Shown: positions 46,127-56,678 of the stretch, piece after piece | Numbering within the stretch: position 1 is the first letter of the stretch | Layout: each line of letters begins with the position of its first letter | Assembly: GCA_017459965.1 (NCBI GenBank) | Contig: JAFUBW010000014.1 | Coordinates: forward strand, 5,442 to 69,441 | Direction: 5' to 3' | DNA: 64,000 nt | Origin: Bacilli bacterium | Lineage (GTDB): Bacteria > Bacillota_I > Bacilli_A > RF39 > UBA660 | Notes under the pieces: generated by a model | Databases searched by the model: none | Told to the model about the DNA's origin: nothing | Seen by the model: the letters and a program-made list of their open reading frames with translations, nothing else | Position numbers and translations under genes: made by a program

Positions 46127-47044
46127 ATGTTTGATTTAGAAATTATAGAAAATGATTGGAAAGTTAATTCATTTAAATTGAGCGAAAACCAAATAATAGA
46201 AATTTATCAATCTGAAGGAGCAACATTTAATAGATATTTTAATGATATAAAAGAATATAATGAAAATACACATGTAAATATGACTGCTGAAGCAAGATTG
46301 CTAGCAGCTATATTTGGTAAAGATCAAAAAATAAAAACAGAAGAACAGAGTTTACGAGAAAAATATGAAGAACCAAAAAAAATACGATTAAGTGAAAAAA
46401 ATCAAAAAAGAGTTGTTGAAGGATGTTTAGATGTTGTATTTGATGATACTAAATATTGGTATTATTATTTTGATGGAAATATTGAAATGGAAAAAATATA
46501 TGATATATGTTTAGACTCTCTTATTAACTCAGTAAAATATTGTCTTCACAATGAAAAACAAACGTTTCGTAATTTCATTTCAAAAAGTATAGAGAGAAAT
46601 ATAATAAAATATATTGCCAAAATAGAACATATTTCATACAGAGATGCATGGTGCATAATTAATAATAATGGATTTCGGTTTACCGATGACTTTATTTTTG
46701 ATAAACCGGAAAGATTAAAATTTAATTTTGATTATGATAGGGAAACTGTTGAAAAACCTTCTAAGATATATAGTTATTTAAGAAAAGAAAAATATGATAT
46801 TGATTATATAAAAAATGTATCATCAAATGAATTTATGCAAGAGTATAATGACATACTAGGGAGTTTTGATGACTTAACAATTAGTGTAATGAGACTTATT
46901 TTTGATAGTGAGGGTAATCTTGGACTTACATACAAAGAAATTAGTGATTATTTAGGATTAACTTCTAATAAAATTTCAACTATTAAAAAGAAAACATTAA
47001 AAAAATTAAGTACCGATGAAAGAATTATAAAATATAGATTATAG
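46127..47044 (+). CDS. Sigma-70-family-like protein (divergent; region 4 HTH recognisable)
   Basis: The C-terminal LTYKEISDYLGLTSNKISTIKKKTLKKL looks like a region 4.2 HTH. The central part is loosely region-2-like. RBS is GGAGGGA. Confidence 0.45.
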   Translation: MFDLEIIENDWKVNSFKLSENQIIEIYQSEGATFNRYFNDIKEYNENTHVNMTAEARLLAAIFGKDQKIKTEEQSLREKYEEPKKIRLSEKNQKRVVEGCLDVVFDDTKYWYYYFDGNIEMEKIYDICLDSLINSVKYCLHNEKQTFRNFISKSIERNIIKYIAKIEHISYRDAWCIINNNGFRFTDDFIFDKPERLKFNFDYDRETVEKPSKIYSYLRKEKYDIDYIKNVSSNEFMQEYNDILGSFDDLTISVMRLIFDSEGNLGLTYKEISDYLGLTSNKISTIKKKTLKKLSTDERIIKYRL

Positions 47045-47174
47045 AGTTGTCGTACTTCTTTCTTTAGGGCACCATTTAATAAATAAAAAGATTACTTTAG
47101 TAATCTTTTTTTAGTTTACAATAATCTTTATAAAGTAATATTAATCATATTATAGAATAAAAGGGGGTGAAAAA

Positions 47175-47960
47175 GTGTTAACAATAAAACAAAGACAATT
47201 AAACCTTAGAACTTATTATTATTTTTATAAAGGAAATATAGATGGTATAGTAGGCAGTCAAACTAAACAAGCATATAGAGATTTTCAAAGATTTACAGGT
47301 CTTACAGTAGATGGAATATATGGAAAAAATACAAATTATAAATTAATAGAAGTAATAAAAGATTTACAAAGAAAATTAAATTCAAAAGGATTTAATTTAG
47401 CAGTAGATGGAATAGTTGGAAATGCTACTATAAGTGCTATTAAAACTTTTCAAAGAAATAATGGTCTTGCACAAGATGGAATCGCAGGTAAAAATACTTT
47501 TAATAAATTAAATAATACACCAGACACTTCAAATAAATATAGATATCCAGTTAATTATATTAATATTACTCAATATTATTCATCATCTCATAGGGCATTA
47601 GATCTTGGATGGAGTAGTAGATATTATGGATCTAACCAAGCAATTTATGCTTGTTTTGATGGGACAGTAACAGTTAATTCTTATGCATCAGATGCAGGTT
47701 ATTATGTAGCAATTAGACATGACAATGGGGATGTAAGTAGATACATGCATTTAAAAGATAAATCATGGGTTAAAGTAGGACAAAGAATAGGTAAAGGAGA
47801 ACATATTGGAACAATGGGAGATACTGGTAATGCTAGAGGAAATCATTTACATTTTGATTTAACTAAAAATGGATCTAGAGTAAATCCGATAGATTACTTA
47901 TATGTTTATTCTGGTCAAGTAGTATCGGATAAATGTAAAAGTGTAGTTAGATATATTTAG
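47175..47960 (+). CDS. M23 metallopeptidase with three peptidoglycan-binding (PG_binding_1) repeats
   Basis: Three repeats of the form DGI.G..T..A...FQ...GL..DGI.GK.T. The M23 motifs HRALDLG and GNARGNHLHFDL follow. Confidence 0.8.
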   Translation: MLTIKQRQLNLRTYYYFYKGNIDGIVGSQTKQAYRDFQRFTGLTVDGIYGKNTNYKLIEVIKDLQRKLNSKGFNLAVDGIVGNATISAIKTFQRNNGLAQDGIAGKNTFNKLNNTPDTSNKYRYPVNYINITQYYSSSHRALDLGWSSRYYGSNQAIYACFDGTVTVNSYASDAGYYVAIRHDNGDVSRYMHLKDKSWVKVGQRIGKGEHIGTMGDTGNARGNHLHFDLTKNGSRVNPIDYLYVYSGQVVSDKCKSVVRYI

Positions 47961-48006
47961 ACATTAATAATTTGCGAAAATGTATCTTTAACATCTAATA
48001 TAATAA

Positions 48007-48555
48007 GTGGTGATAAAATTGATAAAGAGGGGTTTAATTATTTCATCTGAGAATTGTTTAAATAACATTGATATTAATAATATAGAGTTTGTTATATTAA
48101 GAATAGGTTTTACAGATTATAATTTATCAAAAACAATACATAAAGATATTAATTTTGAAAATAATTATAAGTGGGCACATGATAATAAATTATATATTGG
48201 TTTATTTTATGAATCACGTGCTACTTCAATAAAAGAAGCTAAAGAAGAATTAGAATTTATTATTGATTTAATAAATAATAAAATAATAGATTATCCAATT
48301 ATTATTAGTTTTAGAGATGATCATAATACGGTTATTTATTATAATAAAAATCATAAAACAATTAGTAAAAATTTATTTAGTCGTATAGTTGATTATACTT
48401 ATAATGTAATAAAAAAGAATAATTATATACCAATTATATTAACAAAAAACATATTTTTAAATAAAGAATTTAATAAAAACAAATTTAATATTTTATTAGA
48501 AGAAGAAATAATTGATAATGTATTATATTTAGATATTCATAATTTATCAAAATAG
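48007..48555 (+). CDS. GH25-muramidase-like protein (divergent)
   Basis: IEFVILRIGFTDY...FENNYKWAHDNKLYIGLFYE parallels the GH25 pattern (F.IIKATEG..Y.D..F..N...A...GL..G.YH). The canonical N-terminal DVS motif is not evident. Confidence 0.35.
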   Translation: MVIKLIKRGLIISSENCLNNIDINNIEFVILRIGFTDYNLSKTIHKDINFENNYKWAHDNKLYIGLFYESRATSIKEAKEELEFIIDLINNKIIDYPIIISFRDDHNTVIYYNKNHKTISKNLFSRIVDYTYNVIKKNNYIPIILTKNIFLNKEFNKNKFNILLEEEIIDNVLYLDIHNLSK

Positions 48556-48684
48556 GTATTTTAATATAAAATATAATTTATAAAGATAAAAGTAAGAAAA
48601 AAGTAAAAATTTCTTACTTTTTTAATAAAATATCTTGATTTTTGTAATTTGATAGTGTAAAATTAAAGAGCGTTATGTGAATTT

Positions 48685-48761
48685 GGACCTATAGCTCAGC
48701 TGGTTAGAGTGCACGCCTGATAAGCGTGAGGTCGATGGTTCAAGTCCATCTAGGTCCACCA
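48685..48761 (+). tRNA. tRNA-Ile (GAU)
   Basis: Acceptor ggaccta/taggtcc, anticodon loop ctGATaa, T-arm ggttcaagtcc, encoded CCA. Confidence 0.9.
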
Positions 48762-48764
48762 TTT

Positions 48765-48841
48765 GGCCAGTTGGTGAAGCGGCTTAACACACCGCCCTTT
48801 CACGGCGGCATTCACGGGTTCGAATCCCGTACTGGTCACCA
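48765..48841 (+). tRNA. tRNA-Glu (UUC)
   Basis: Acceptor ggccagt/actggtc (one G-U pair), anticodon loop ctTTCac, T-arm ggttcgaatcc, encoded CCA. It lies 3 nt after tRNA-Ile. Confidence 0.85.
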
Positions 48842-48954
48842 TATTGATAATAAAGATTAATATAATATATATTAGTCTTTTTTATTTACATTATGGATTC
48901 GAACAAATTGAAAAAATGTTTAATTTTATATATAATTAAATAGTAGGTGATAAA

Positions 48955-50031
48955 ATGAATATTTTTGATTATGTAGATCATTACAAAGATTATACTTTTT
49001 TAGATAAAGGATTTAATGAAGTTGATAATGTTATTTTTTCAACACTTGCTTATGTAGATTATACTTTTATAGTTTCAAATAATAAAAGTAATAAATTAAC
49101 CATTAAAGAAGTTGGTGATAAATATTTTTCTACTCACAAAAAAATAGAAAAAATAAATATGACTGCAGTTAAAGAAGGAATTAAATTATTAAAAAAAGTA
49201 AAAGATACAACTAGATATAAAGATATACTTATGTATTCATATAGATATATTGGAAATAATGAAAGCCAATTTTCTGCTTTAACATTTGAAATAAATAAAG
49301 GTCTATGTTATGTTTCATTTGAAGGAACAGATCAATTAATAAGTGGTTGGAAAGAAGATTGTAAAATGGCATATGAGTTTCCAGTAGAAGCTCATAAATA
49401 TGCTACAAAATATTTAAATCATAATTTTCTATTTTCAAATAAAAGAATAATAGTAGGTGGTCATTCTAAAGGAGGGAATTTAGCATTAGTATCATCAATG
49501 TGTTGTAATTATTTTGTTAAAAATAAAATAATTAATATTTATAGTAATGATGGACAGGGACTAAAAAAAGCGCAAATTGAAAGTAGTAAATATGCGTCTA
49601 TTAAAGATAGATTTATACATATAATTCCTCAATATTCAATAGTTGGACTTCTTTTAAGACACGATCAAAATTATACAGTTATTCACTCTACAAAACCAGG
49701 TGCGATGGCACATTGTACATCATATTGGAAAGTAGAAGAAGATCATTTTAAGAGAGATGAACTTAGCTCATTTAGTAAAATCTTAGACAAAGGAATAATT
49801 ACATGGCTTGATAAATACGATGATGAAAAAAGAGAAAAATTTGTAAATAGTGTATTTAAAATTTTAGAAGAAAATAATGTTCAGTCACTTCTTCAATTAA
49901 GGAAACAAATAAAATTAGTTTTCAAAGTTTTAAAGTCATCTAAAGATTTAGATCCAATAGTAATTGAAATGATAAAAGATTTATTAAAAGTAATAAATGA
50001 TACAAATAAAGAATATTTATGGATTAAATAA
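48955..50031 (+). CDS. Alpha/beta hydrolase, DUF2974/Mbeg1-like (lipase class 3-like)
   Basis: Nucleophile elbow GGHSKGGNLA. 358 aa. Confidence 0.55.
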   Translation: MNIFDYVDHYKDYTFLDKGFNEVDNVIFSTLAYVDYTFIVSNNKSNKLTIKEVGDKYFSTHKKIEKINMTAVKEGIKLLKKVKDTTRYKDILMYSYRYIGNNESQFSALTFEINKGLCYVSFEGTDQLISGWKEDCKMAYEFPVEAHKYATKYLNHNFLFSNKRIIVGGHSKGGNLALVSSMCCNYFVKNKIINIYSNDGQGLKKAQIESSKYASIKDRFIHIIPQYSIVGLLLRHDQNYTVIHSTKPGAMAHCTSYWKVEEDHFKRDELSSFSKILDKGIITWLDKYDDEKREKFVNSVFKILEENNVQSLLQLRKQIKLVFKVLKSSKDLDPIVIEMIKDLLKVINDTNKEYLWIK

Positions 50032-50088
50032 AATTAAAAAAAGATATTGACCTATATAATTTAAAATGTTAAAATTATATTGCGTCAT

Positions 50089-50179
50089 GGAGACATACTC
50101 AAGAGGCTGAAGAGGCGCCCCTGCTAAGGGTGTAGGGTGGGTAACTGCCGCGAGGGTTCAAATCCCTCTGTCTCCGCCA
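50089..50179 (+). tRNA. tRNA-Ser (GCU)
   Basis: Acceptor ggagaca/tgtctcc, anticodon loop ctGCTaa, long variable arm, T-arm ggttcaaatcc, encoded CCA. Confidence 0.9.
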
Positions 50180-50242
50180 TTTTTTATTTAGAACTAATTG
50201 GTTCTTTTTTTAATTATTATATTCATTATAAAGGAGTTCAAC

Positions 50243-50383
50243 ATGAAAGAAAAAAAACAACTATATTGGGTTAAATTAGCTTTAGACGGTAATACTTATG
50301 ATACTGTTAAAATACAAGCAGAAAATCTAAATAATATTCCAAAAAAGCATAAAATTTTAGAATATAAACCAATAAAAAAGTAA
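50243..50383 (+). CDS. Small hypothetical protein (46 aa)
   Basis: ATG 6 nt after AAAGGAG. The upstream part of the tracked ORF overlaps the tRNA terminator. Confidence 0.35.
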   Translation: MKEKKQLYWVKLALDGNTYDTVKIQAENLNNIPKKHKILEYKPIKK

Positions 50384-50400
50384 TCTAGTGATTACTTTTT

Positions 50401-52212
50401 TTAAATTATTATAAATAATAAATTTATAATAAAACATATAATCATACCTATAAGTGTAGGTATGATTATTGATACAAACATCCATTTGAAACTATTAGTT
50501 TCTTTTTTTATAGTTATACATGTAGTAGAACATGGAAAATGCATTAATGAAAATATTATAGTACATAAAGCTGTTTTAATAGTCCATCCATTTGTTACTA
50601 AAATATTCTTTAGTTCGGATAAATTATTATAATCACTTATGGTGTTATTTTGTAAATATCCCATGAGCATGATTGGAATTACAATTTCATTGGCAGGGAA
50701 ACCTAAAATAAAAGCTAAGATTATTACACCATCTAAACCAATAGCCCTACCAAATGGATCTAAAAATTGAGTAATTATTTCAAATAAACTCATTCCATTT
50801 ATGTTTATGTTAGAAAATATCCAAATAATTATACCTGCGGGTAATGCAACACAAATTGCTCTAATAAGTATTTTAAGTGCTTTTTCATATAATGTATTAA
50901 TTATTGTTTTTATAAAATTAGGTCTTCTATATGGCGGGAGTTCCAAAGAAAAAGATGATGGAATTCCTTTTAATATAGTAATAGATAATATTTTTGAAAC
51001 AATAAAAGTCATTGTAATACCAAGCATTATTACAATAGTTAATATTACAGCTCCTAAAAAAGAATTATTAGAAGAATATCCAATTAAAAACATTGAAATA
51101 ATTGCTATTATAGTTGGAAATCTTCCATTACAAGGGACAAAATTATTAGTAATAATTGCTATTAATCTTTCTCTTTTAGAATCAATTATTCTAGCTGATG
51201 TAATACCAACAGCATTACAACCAAAACCCATACACATCGTAAGCGCTTGTTTACCACATGAATTACATTTTTTAAATATTTTATCTAAATTAAATGCTAT
51301 TCTAGGTAGTACACCATAATCTTCAAGTATTGCAAATATTGGAAAGAAAATACACATAGGAGGAAGCATTACGGATACTACCCAAGTAGTTGTTTTATAT
51401 AATCCATTTATAATAATACTAGTGATAATTGGATTAATATTTAATTTGTTAAAAAACTTAAATAAGTAATTACCAAAAGTATTAAATAATTTATAAAGTA
51501 AATCAGATGGATAATTAGATAAACTAATAGTTATCCAAAATATTATTAATAATCCAATTATCATAATAGGTATTCCAGTAATTCTACTTGTTAATATTTT
51601 ATCTATTTTACGAGTTTTTTTATTATAATTGTTGTCATGATAAGTAACTACATCTGAAGCTATTTTACTAGATTCATTATTAATTTTTTCAATTGTCATT
51701 TTATTTTTTTTAATTTTATCTTTTTTTTCATATGATTCTATAGTATCAAGTAAATTTTTAATACCAACATTATTTTTAGCACATGTTCCAATAACGGGGA
51801 CATTAAGTGTTTTGGATAATTTATTTAAATCAACATCAATATTTTTCTTTTTTGCTTCATCCATCAAATTAACTGCTATAATAACATTATTATTAATTTC
51901 TAAAGTTTGTAATACTAAATTAAGATTTCTTTCTAAACATGTAGCATCACATACAACTAAAGCAATATCATAATCATCGGATTCTATAAAACTTTTAGCA
52001 ATATCTTCTTCTTTAGAATGACTTACTAAAGAATAAGTACCAGGCAAATCATAAATAATATATTCATTTGATTTATAATTATATTTTCCAATTTTATTCC
52101 CAACAGTTTTTCCAGGCCAGTTACCAGTATGTACATTATTCTTGGTAAGAATATTAAATATACTAGATTTTCCAACATTAGGATTACCAATTAAAGCAAT
52201 TCTCTTAATCAT
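50401..52212 (-). CDS. feoB: Ferrous iron transporter FeoB
   Basis: N-terminal G-domain (IALIGNPNVGKSSIFN, DLPGTYS, NLMD) followed by a polytopic permease domain. 603 aa. Confidence 0.92.
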   Translation of the reverse strand: MIKRIALIGNPNVGKSSIFNILTKNNVHTGNWPGKTVGNKIGKYNYKSNEYIIYDLPGTYSLVSHSKEEDIAKSFIESDDYDIALVVCDATCLERNLNLVLQTLEINNNVIIAVNLMDEAKKKNIDVDLNKLSKTLNVPVIGTCAKNNVGIKNLLDTIESYEKKDKIKKNKMTIEKINNESSKIASDVVTYHDNNYNKKTRKIDKILTSRITGIPIMIIGLLIIFWITISLSNYPSDLLYKLFNTFGNYLFKFFNKLNINPIITSIIINGLYKTTTWVVSVMLPPMCIFFPIFAILEDYGVLPRIAFNLDKIFKKCNSCGKQALTMCMGFGCNAVGITSARIIDSKRERLIAIITNNFVPCNGRFPTIIAIISMFLIGYSSNNSFLGAVILTIVIMLGITMTFIVSKILSITILKGIPSSFSLELPPYRRPNFIKTIINTLYEKALKILIRAICVALPAGIIIWIFSNININGMSLFEIITQFLDPFGRAIGLDGVIILAFILGFPANEIVIPIMLMGYLQNNTISDYNNLSELKNILVTNGWTIKTALCTIIFSLMHFPCSTTCITIKKETNSFKWMFVSIIIPTLIGMIICFIINLLFIII

Positions 52213-52445
52213 ATTTTCTTCACCTTTATATATTTTGAAGTATCGTTTCTAATCGCAATAGTACATCCCTTAATCAAATATGCGGTCGGATCTTTAAAAG
52301 GAGATGTAAATTCACATTTTATTGTAGAACCTTTTATGATTCCTAAATCTTCCAATCTTCTTTTTAACTCACATTTTGAGTCAATACTAATTACTTTTGC
52401 TATCTCATTAATTTTTAATTTATCTAAAGTTATAATTTTACTCAT
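52209..52445 (-). CDS. feoA: FeoA family protein
   Basis: 78-aa SH3-like protein (LDKLKINEIAKVISI...RRLEDLGIIKGSTI). 4-nt overlap with feoB. Confidence 0.85.
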   Translation of the reverse strand: MSKIITLDKLKINEIAKVISIDSKCELKRRLEDLGIIKGSTIKCEFTSPFKDPTAYLIKGCTIAIRNDTSKYIKVKKI

Positions 52446-52525
52446 ATTAATACCTCTATATTAATATATGATTGATTATAAAATTCGACATATTTTTTTG
52501 TCATAATAATCATATAATATTTTAG

Positions 52526-52915
52526 GTGATAAAAGTGAATATTAATTTTGATAAATATTATGAAGATAAAAAGAAAAATATAACTTTTGAAACTTATTAT
52601 ATAGAAGGTGTTCAATATAATTTTAAGATGGAAGATATTGAAGAATTGTTGAATATAATCGACTTAGATATATGGAAAAAATATTTATATTATTTAGATA
52701 CTTATAGAACAAGTTATATTTATGTTGAAAACTATGAGGATTCAATTATTAAATTTATAGAAGTACTTACAAATGAAGATGAAAAAACTAAAAATAAATT
52801 ACTTAGAATATTTTTAAAACATGAAAATTTATTTAAAGATGAAAATGGAAGAAAACAACTAAGATTAGTACCCAAAGAATATGATAAAAGAATATTTCAT
52901 AGATCTTTTGTTTAA
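52526..52915 (+). CDS. Hypothetical protein
   Basis: 129-aa ORF starting at GTG after TAGGTGA. No motif recognised. Confidence 0.4.
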   Translation: MIKVNINFDKYYEDKKKNITFETYYIEGVQYNFKMEDIEELLNIIDLDIWKKYLYYLDTYRTSYIYVENYEDSIIKFIEVLTNEDEKTKNKLLRIFLKHENLFKDENGRKQLRLVPKEYDKRIFHRSFV

Positions 52916-52993
52916 AAGTTCAAAATTTGAACTTTTTTTCTTATATAAAAAAAATATCTTATGTTATAATAGTAAGTGTAGAAAGGGATTATT

Positions 52994-53464
52994 ATGAAGA
53001 AAATATCATTAATTAGTTTAATAGTATTTATAATAGATCGTATTACAAAAATATTAGTTAGTAATACTTTTACATTAAATGTTAGAAATAAAGTTATAGA
53101 TAAGTTTTTTTATATAACAAATTGTCATAATAAAGGCGCAGCTTTTTCAATATTTACAGGTAATATATTATTTTTAATATTAATTACTTTAATAGTTATA
53201 TATTTGATATATAAGACATTAAAAAATAAAAGTAATATGTCTAATATAACAATAATATCTTATGGATTATTACTTGGTGGTATAGTTGGTAATTTATTTG
53301 ATAGGATATTTTATGGTTATGTTATTGATTTTTTAGATTTTATAATTTTTAAATTTGATTTTGCAGTTTTTAATATTGCAGATATGGCTATTGTTATTGG
53401 AGCGTTCATGTTATTAGTTTTTGAAGGAAGTGATAAAAATGCAAATAAATCTAGTAGTAAATGA
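52994..53464 (+). CDS. lspA: Lipoprotein signal peptidase (signal peptidase II)
   Basis: DRITK, NKGAAFS, VIDFLDF and FNIADMAIVIG motifs. Four TM segments. Confidence 0.9.
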   Translation: MKKISLISLIVFIIDRITKILVSNTFTLNVRNKVIDKFFYITNCHNKGAAFSIFTGNILFLILITLIVIYLIYKTLKNKSNMSNITIISYGLLLGGIVGNLFDRIFYGYVIDFLDFIIFKFDFAVFNIADMAIVIGAFMLLVFEGSDKNANKSSSK

Positions 53465-54338
53465 AATAGAAGAAAAAATAAGAATAGATAAATATATATC
53501 TGATAATACAGAATTAACTAGAAATAAAATTCAAAAATTAATAGATAATGATAATATATTAGTTAACGGTAAAAGTGTAAAGAGTAGTTATAAAGTATCA
53601 AATAATGATGAAATAACTATAATAGATGAAAAAGAAGAAATTAATATAAAACCAGAAAATATTGAAGTAGATATAGTATATGAAGATGATGATGTAATAG
53701 TAGTAAATAAGCCATCAGGTATGGTTGTTCATCCTGCACCCGGTAATTATACAGGTACTCTAGTTAATGCTCTTATGTATAAAAGTAAAAATTTAAGTAC
53801 TTTAAATGGTGAGTTTAGACCAGGTATAGTTCATAGAATTGATAAAGATACTTCAGGACTTTTAATAGTTGCTAAAAATGATAAAGCGCATGCGATTCTT
53901 TCTGATGAATTAAAAGATAAAAAAATAAAAAGAAAATATATTGCGCTTGTAGATGGTATTATTAATCATGATACAGGTACAATAGATGCTCCTATAGGAA
54001 GAGATATAAATGATAGAAAGAAAATGTGTGTTACTAGTATTAATTCAAAGGATGCAATTACACATTTTACTGTAATAGATAGATATAAAAAAGCTACATT
54101 ACTTGAATGTATATTAGATACTGGAAGAACTCATCAAATAAGAGTACATATGAAATATATAAAACATCCGATAGTTAATGATCCAGTATATAATAAAAAT
54201 TTATATGGTGATTTTGGACAAATGCTTCATGCTAAAGAAATAGAATTTATTCATCCAATTACAAAAGAGATAATGAATTTTAAATGTGATGCTCCAAAAG
54301 AATTTTATGAAATATTAGAAAAATATAAAGAAGAATAG
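53439..54338 (+). CDS. rluD: 23S rRNA pseudouridine synthase, RluA family (RluD-like)
   Basis: N-terminal S4 domain, then catalytic HRIDKDTSGLL, and later GRTHQIRVH. Confidence 0.9.
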   Translation: MQINLVVNEIEEKIRIDKYISDNTELTRNKIQKLIDNDNILVNGKSVKSSYKVSNNDEITIIDEKEEINIKPENIEVDIVYEDDDVIVVNKPSGMVVHPAPGNYTGTLVNALMYKSKNLSTLNGEFRPGIVHRIDKDTSGLLIVAKNDKAHAILSDELKDKKIKRKYIALVDGIINHDTGTIDAPIGRDINDRKKMCVTSINSKDAITHFTVIDRYKKATLLECILDTGRTHQIRVHMKYIKHPIVNDPVYNKNLYGDFGQMLHAKEIEFIHPITKEIMNFKCDAPKEFYEILEKYKEE

Positions 54339-54347
54339 GTGAAAAAG

Positions 54348-55481
54348 ATGATAGATGAAAAAGAATTATTATCCATGAAAATAATTCATTACTTCATCAC
54401 AAATGAAAAATATAATCCAATAATAATAAAAGGAATAACTGATGAAGTATGGCTTGAAAATAGAAATGGTCCTTATAGTATAATTAGAATAGTAACAAGG
54501 CATATATTAAATGAAGAACAATTTGAATATGATTTATTAAAAACCAAACATATAACAAAACAAATAAGAAGAAAAACGCTTGATTTATCAATGAATATAC
54601 TTTCTATTTATTTAGACTCTGATTATAAAATAGATAATAATAATAATAAAAATATAAATATAATTGTAAAAAAAGATGAGGATTTTAGAAATAATAAGTA
54701 TGTATCAAAATACTATAAAAATGTTAAGGAAAAATTTATCTTTAATGAAGAAGGATTTGATTTAATCACAAAATTAACTTCTGAAATAGCAAGAGAAAAT
54801 ATAAAAGAAAATGAAAAGAGGGAAAAACTTATGAAAAATAAAAAACCAATAATAACACTTTCACTTATAAGTATAAATGTAATTATATTTGTACTTATGT
54901 ATTTATTTGGAAGTGGATCATTAAGTACAAAAACATTAATAGATTTTGGTGCGAATTATATACCATATACAAAAGCAGGGGAATATTATAGATTATTAAC
55001 AAGTGCTTTTTTACATATAGGTATAATTCATTTAGTCCTTAATATGTATTCGCTTTTCATAATAGGTACGCATATAGAGTTTTTCTATGGTAAATTAAAA
55101 TATATATTTATATATTTATATAGTGCTATAATTGGATCATTATTTACAGTTATATTATCAACTACAAATACAGTAGCAGCTGGAGCTAGTGGTGCTATAT
55201 TTGGTCTTCTTGGGGCAATGCTTTATTTTGGATATCACTATAGAGGATATATAGGCAATGCCATAATATCACAAGTGGTACCTATTGTATTACTAAATTT
55301 ATTTTTTGGATTTATAACACCTGGTATAGGTAATGCAGCTCATATAGGAGGTTTAATAGGTGGATATATAGTTTCTATGGCAGTTGGATTTGATAATGAT
55401 AATAAAACATCTAAAATACATGGAACTATAATATCAATTATTTTACTTTTATTCTTAATATATATTTCGTTCTTTAGATAA
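54348..55481 (+). CDS. Rhomboid family intramembrane serine protease with a cytoplasmic N-terminal domain
   Basis: YRLLTSAFLHIGIIHLVLNM, catalytic GASGAIFGLLGA, and AHIGGLIGG (His). Confidence 0.85.
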   Translation: MIDEKELLSMKIIHYFITNEKYNPIIIKGITDEVWLENRNGPYSIIRIVTRHILNEEQFEYDLLKTKHITKQIRRKTLDLSMNILSIYLDSDYKIDNNNNKNINIIVKKDEDFRNNKYVSKYYKNVKEKFIFNEEGFDLITKLTSEIARENIKENEKREKLMKNKKPIITLSLISINVIIFVLMYLFGSGSLSTKTLIDFGANYIPYTKAGEYYRLLTSAFLHIGIIHLVLNMYSLFIIGTHIEFFYGKLKYIFIYLYSAIIGSLFTVILSTTNTVAAGASGAIFGLLGAMLYFGYHYRGYIGNAIISQVVPIVLLNLFFGFITPGIGNAAHIGGLIGGYIVSMAVGFDNDNKTSKIHGTIISIILLLFLIYISFFR

Positions 55482-55589
55482 TACATTATGTATTATCTTT
55501 TTTTTGTAAAGTTAATTTACACTTAATTAAAAAATATATTGTAAAATAAAACTATATTATTTATAATTATAATAGAAAGAAGGTAGATT

Positions 55590-56660
55590 ATGGATAATAA
55601 TGAATTAAATAATAATTTAGGTAATCAAATATTAATGGGAGATACACAACCAATTGAAGATGTTAATAAACCAGAACAACCAAACAATAATTTAAATGTT
55701 AATCAAGGTTTAAATACGGTTTTACAAAATAATTTAAATCAAAATCAAGAACCACAACCAGTTCAACCACAACCACAAGAACCACAACCTCAAGAAACAA
55801 GTGTAGATACAAATGATAATATTTTTTCTGATATACAACCTGTAACTAATGAACCAAAAAAAGAAGAAATAAAAGAAGTAAAACAAAAGAAAAATAAAGG
55901 TCCAATAATTATAATAATTATTTTATTATTAATTGTTTTAGGATTATCTGGTTATATTGTATATGATAAGTTTTTATCAAATGAAACAAAATCAAACACA
56001 ACTGAAGAAACTAAAGAAACTAAAACAAATGAAGTTAAAACAGTTTCACTAAAAGATGATAGTAGGGAAGTTGTATATGCATCAATTGATGAAAAACATG
56101 ATGGAGTTATTAGAAGAATTCCATATGTAAATATTGAATCTAAATATGCAGATGAAATAAATAATGAAATAGAAGAATTAACTAAAAATGGTTATTTACA
56201 AGGTCAAGCAAGCCAAAATTATTATATATACAAAGTAGATTATCATTATTATGAAAATGGTGATATAGTATCAATATTATTCTCTTGGGAAATGGAAAAC
56301 GGATATTCAACTAGTAAAATATATAATATAAATAAAACTACTGGTAAAAAAGTAACTAAAGAAGAATTACTAAAACAAGTAAATATTGATGAAAATAGTT
56401 TTAATACTAAATTAGTAGATTCATATAAATTAGCAAGACCACTTGAATCAATTGAAAATAATACAGAGGCTATTATTAAAGAATGTTATCAAAAAGATAT
56501 AGATACACTAACAAATTCTAATATAAAAGGTATGTATATAAACAATGCAGAATTATATGTACTATTTGATGTTAATTATCCAGCAGGTGCAGGTATAGGT
56601 GAGGCAATACTTAATATCAATTCAAATACTATAGTATTAAATCCAATATTAATGGAATAA
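55590..56660 (+). CDS. Membrane-anchored protein with an N/Q/P-rich N-terminus and an extracytoplasmic domain
   Basis: PQ-rich repeats (QEPQPVQPQPQEPQPQE), one TM segment, and a ~230-aa C-terminal domain. Confidence 0.5.
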   Translation: MDNNELNNNLGNQILMGDTQPIEDVNKPEQPNNNLNVNQGLNTVLQNNLNQNQEPQPVQPQPQEPQPQETSVDTNDNIFSDIQPVTNEPKKEEIKEVKQKKNKGPIIIIIILLLIVLGLSGYIVYDKFLSNETKSNTTEETKETKTNEVKTVSLKDDSREVVYASIDEKHDGVIRRIPYVNIESKYADEINNEIEELTKNGYLQGQASQNYYIYKVDYHYYENGDIVSILFSWEMENGYSTSKIYNINKTTGKKVTKEELLKQVNIDENSFNTKLVDSYKLARPLESIENNTEAIIKECYQKDIDTLTNSNIKGMYINNAELYVLFDVNYPAGAGIGEAILNINSNTIVLNPILME

Positions 56661-56678
56661 CAAATAAAATAAAAAATC

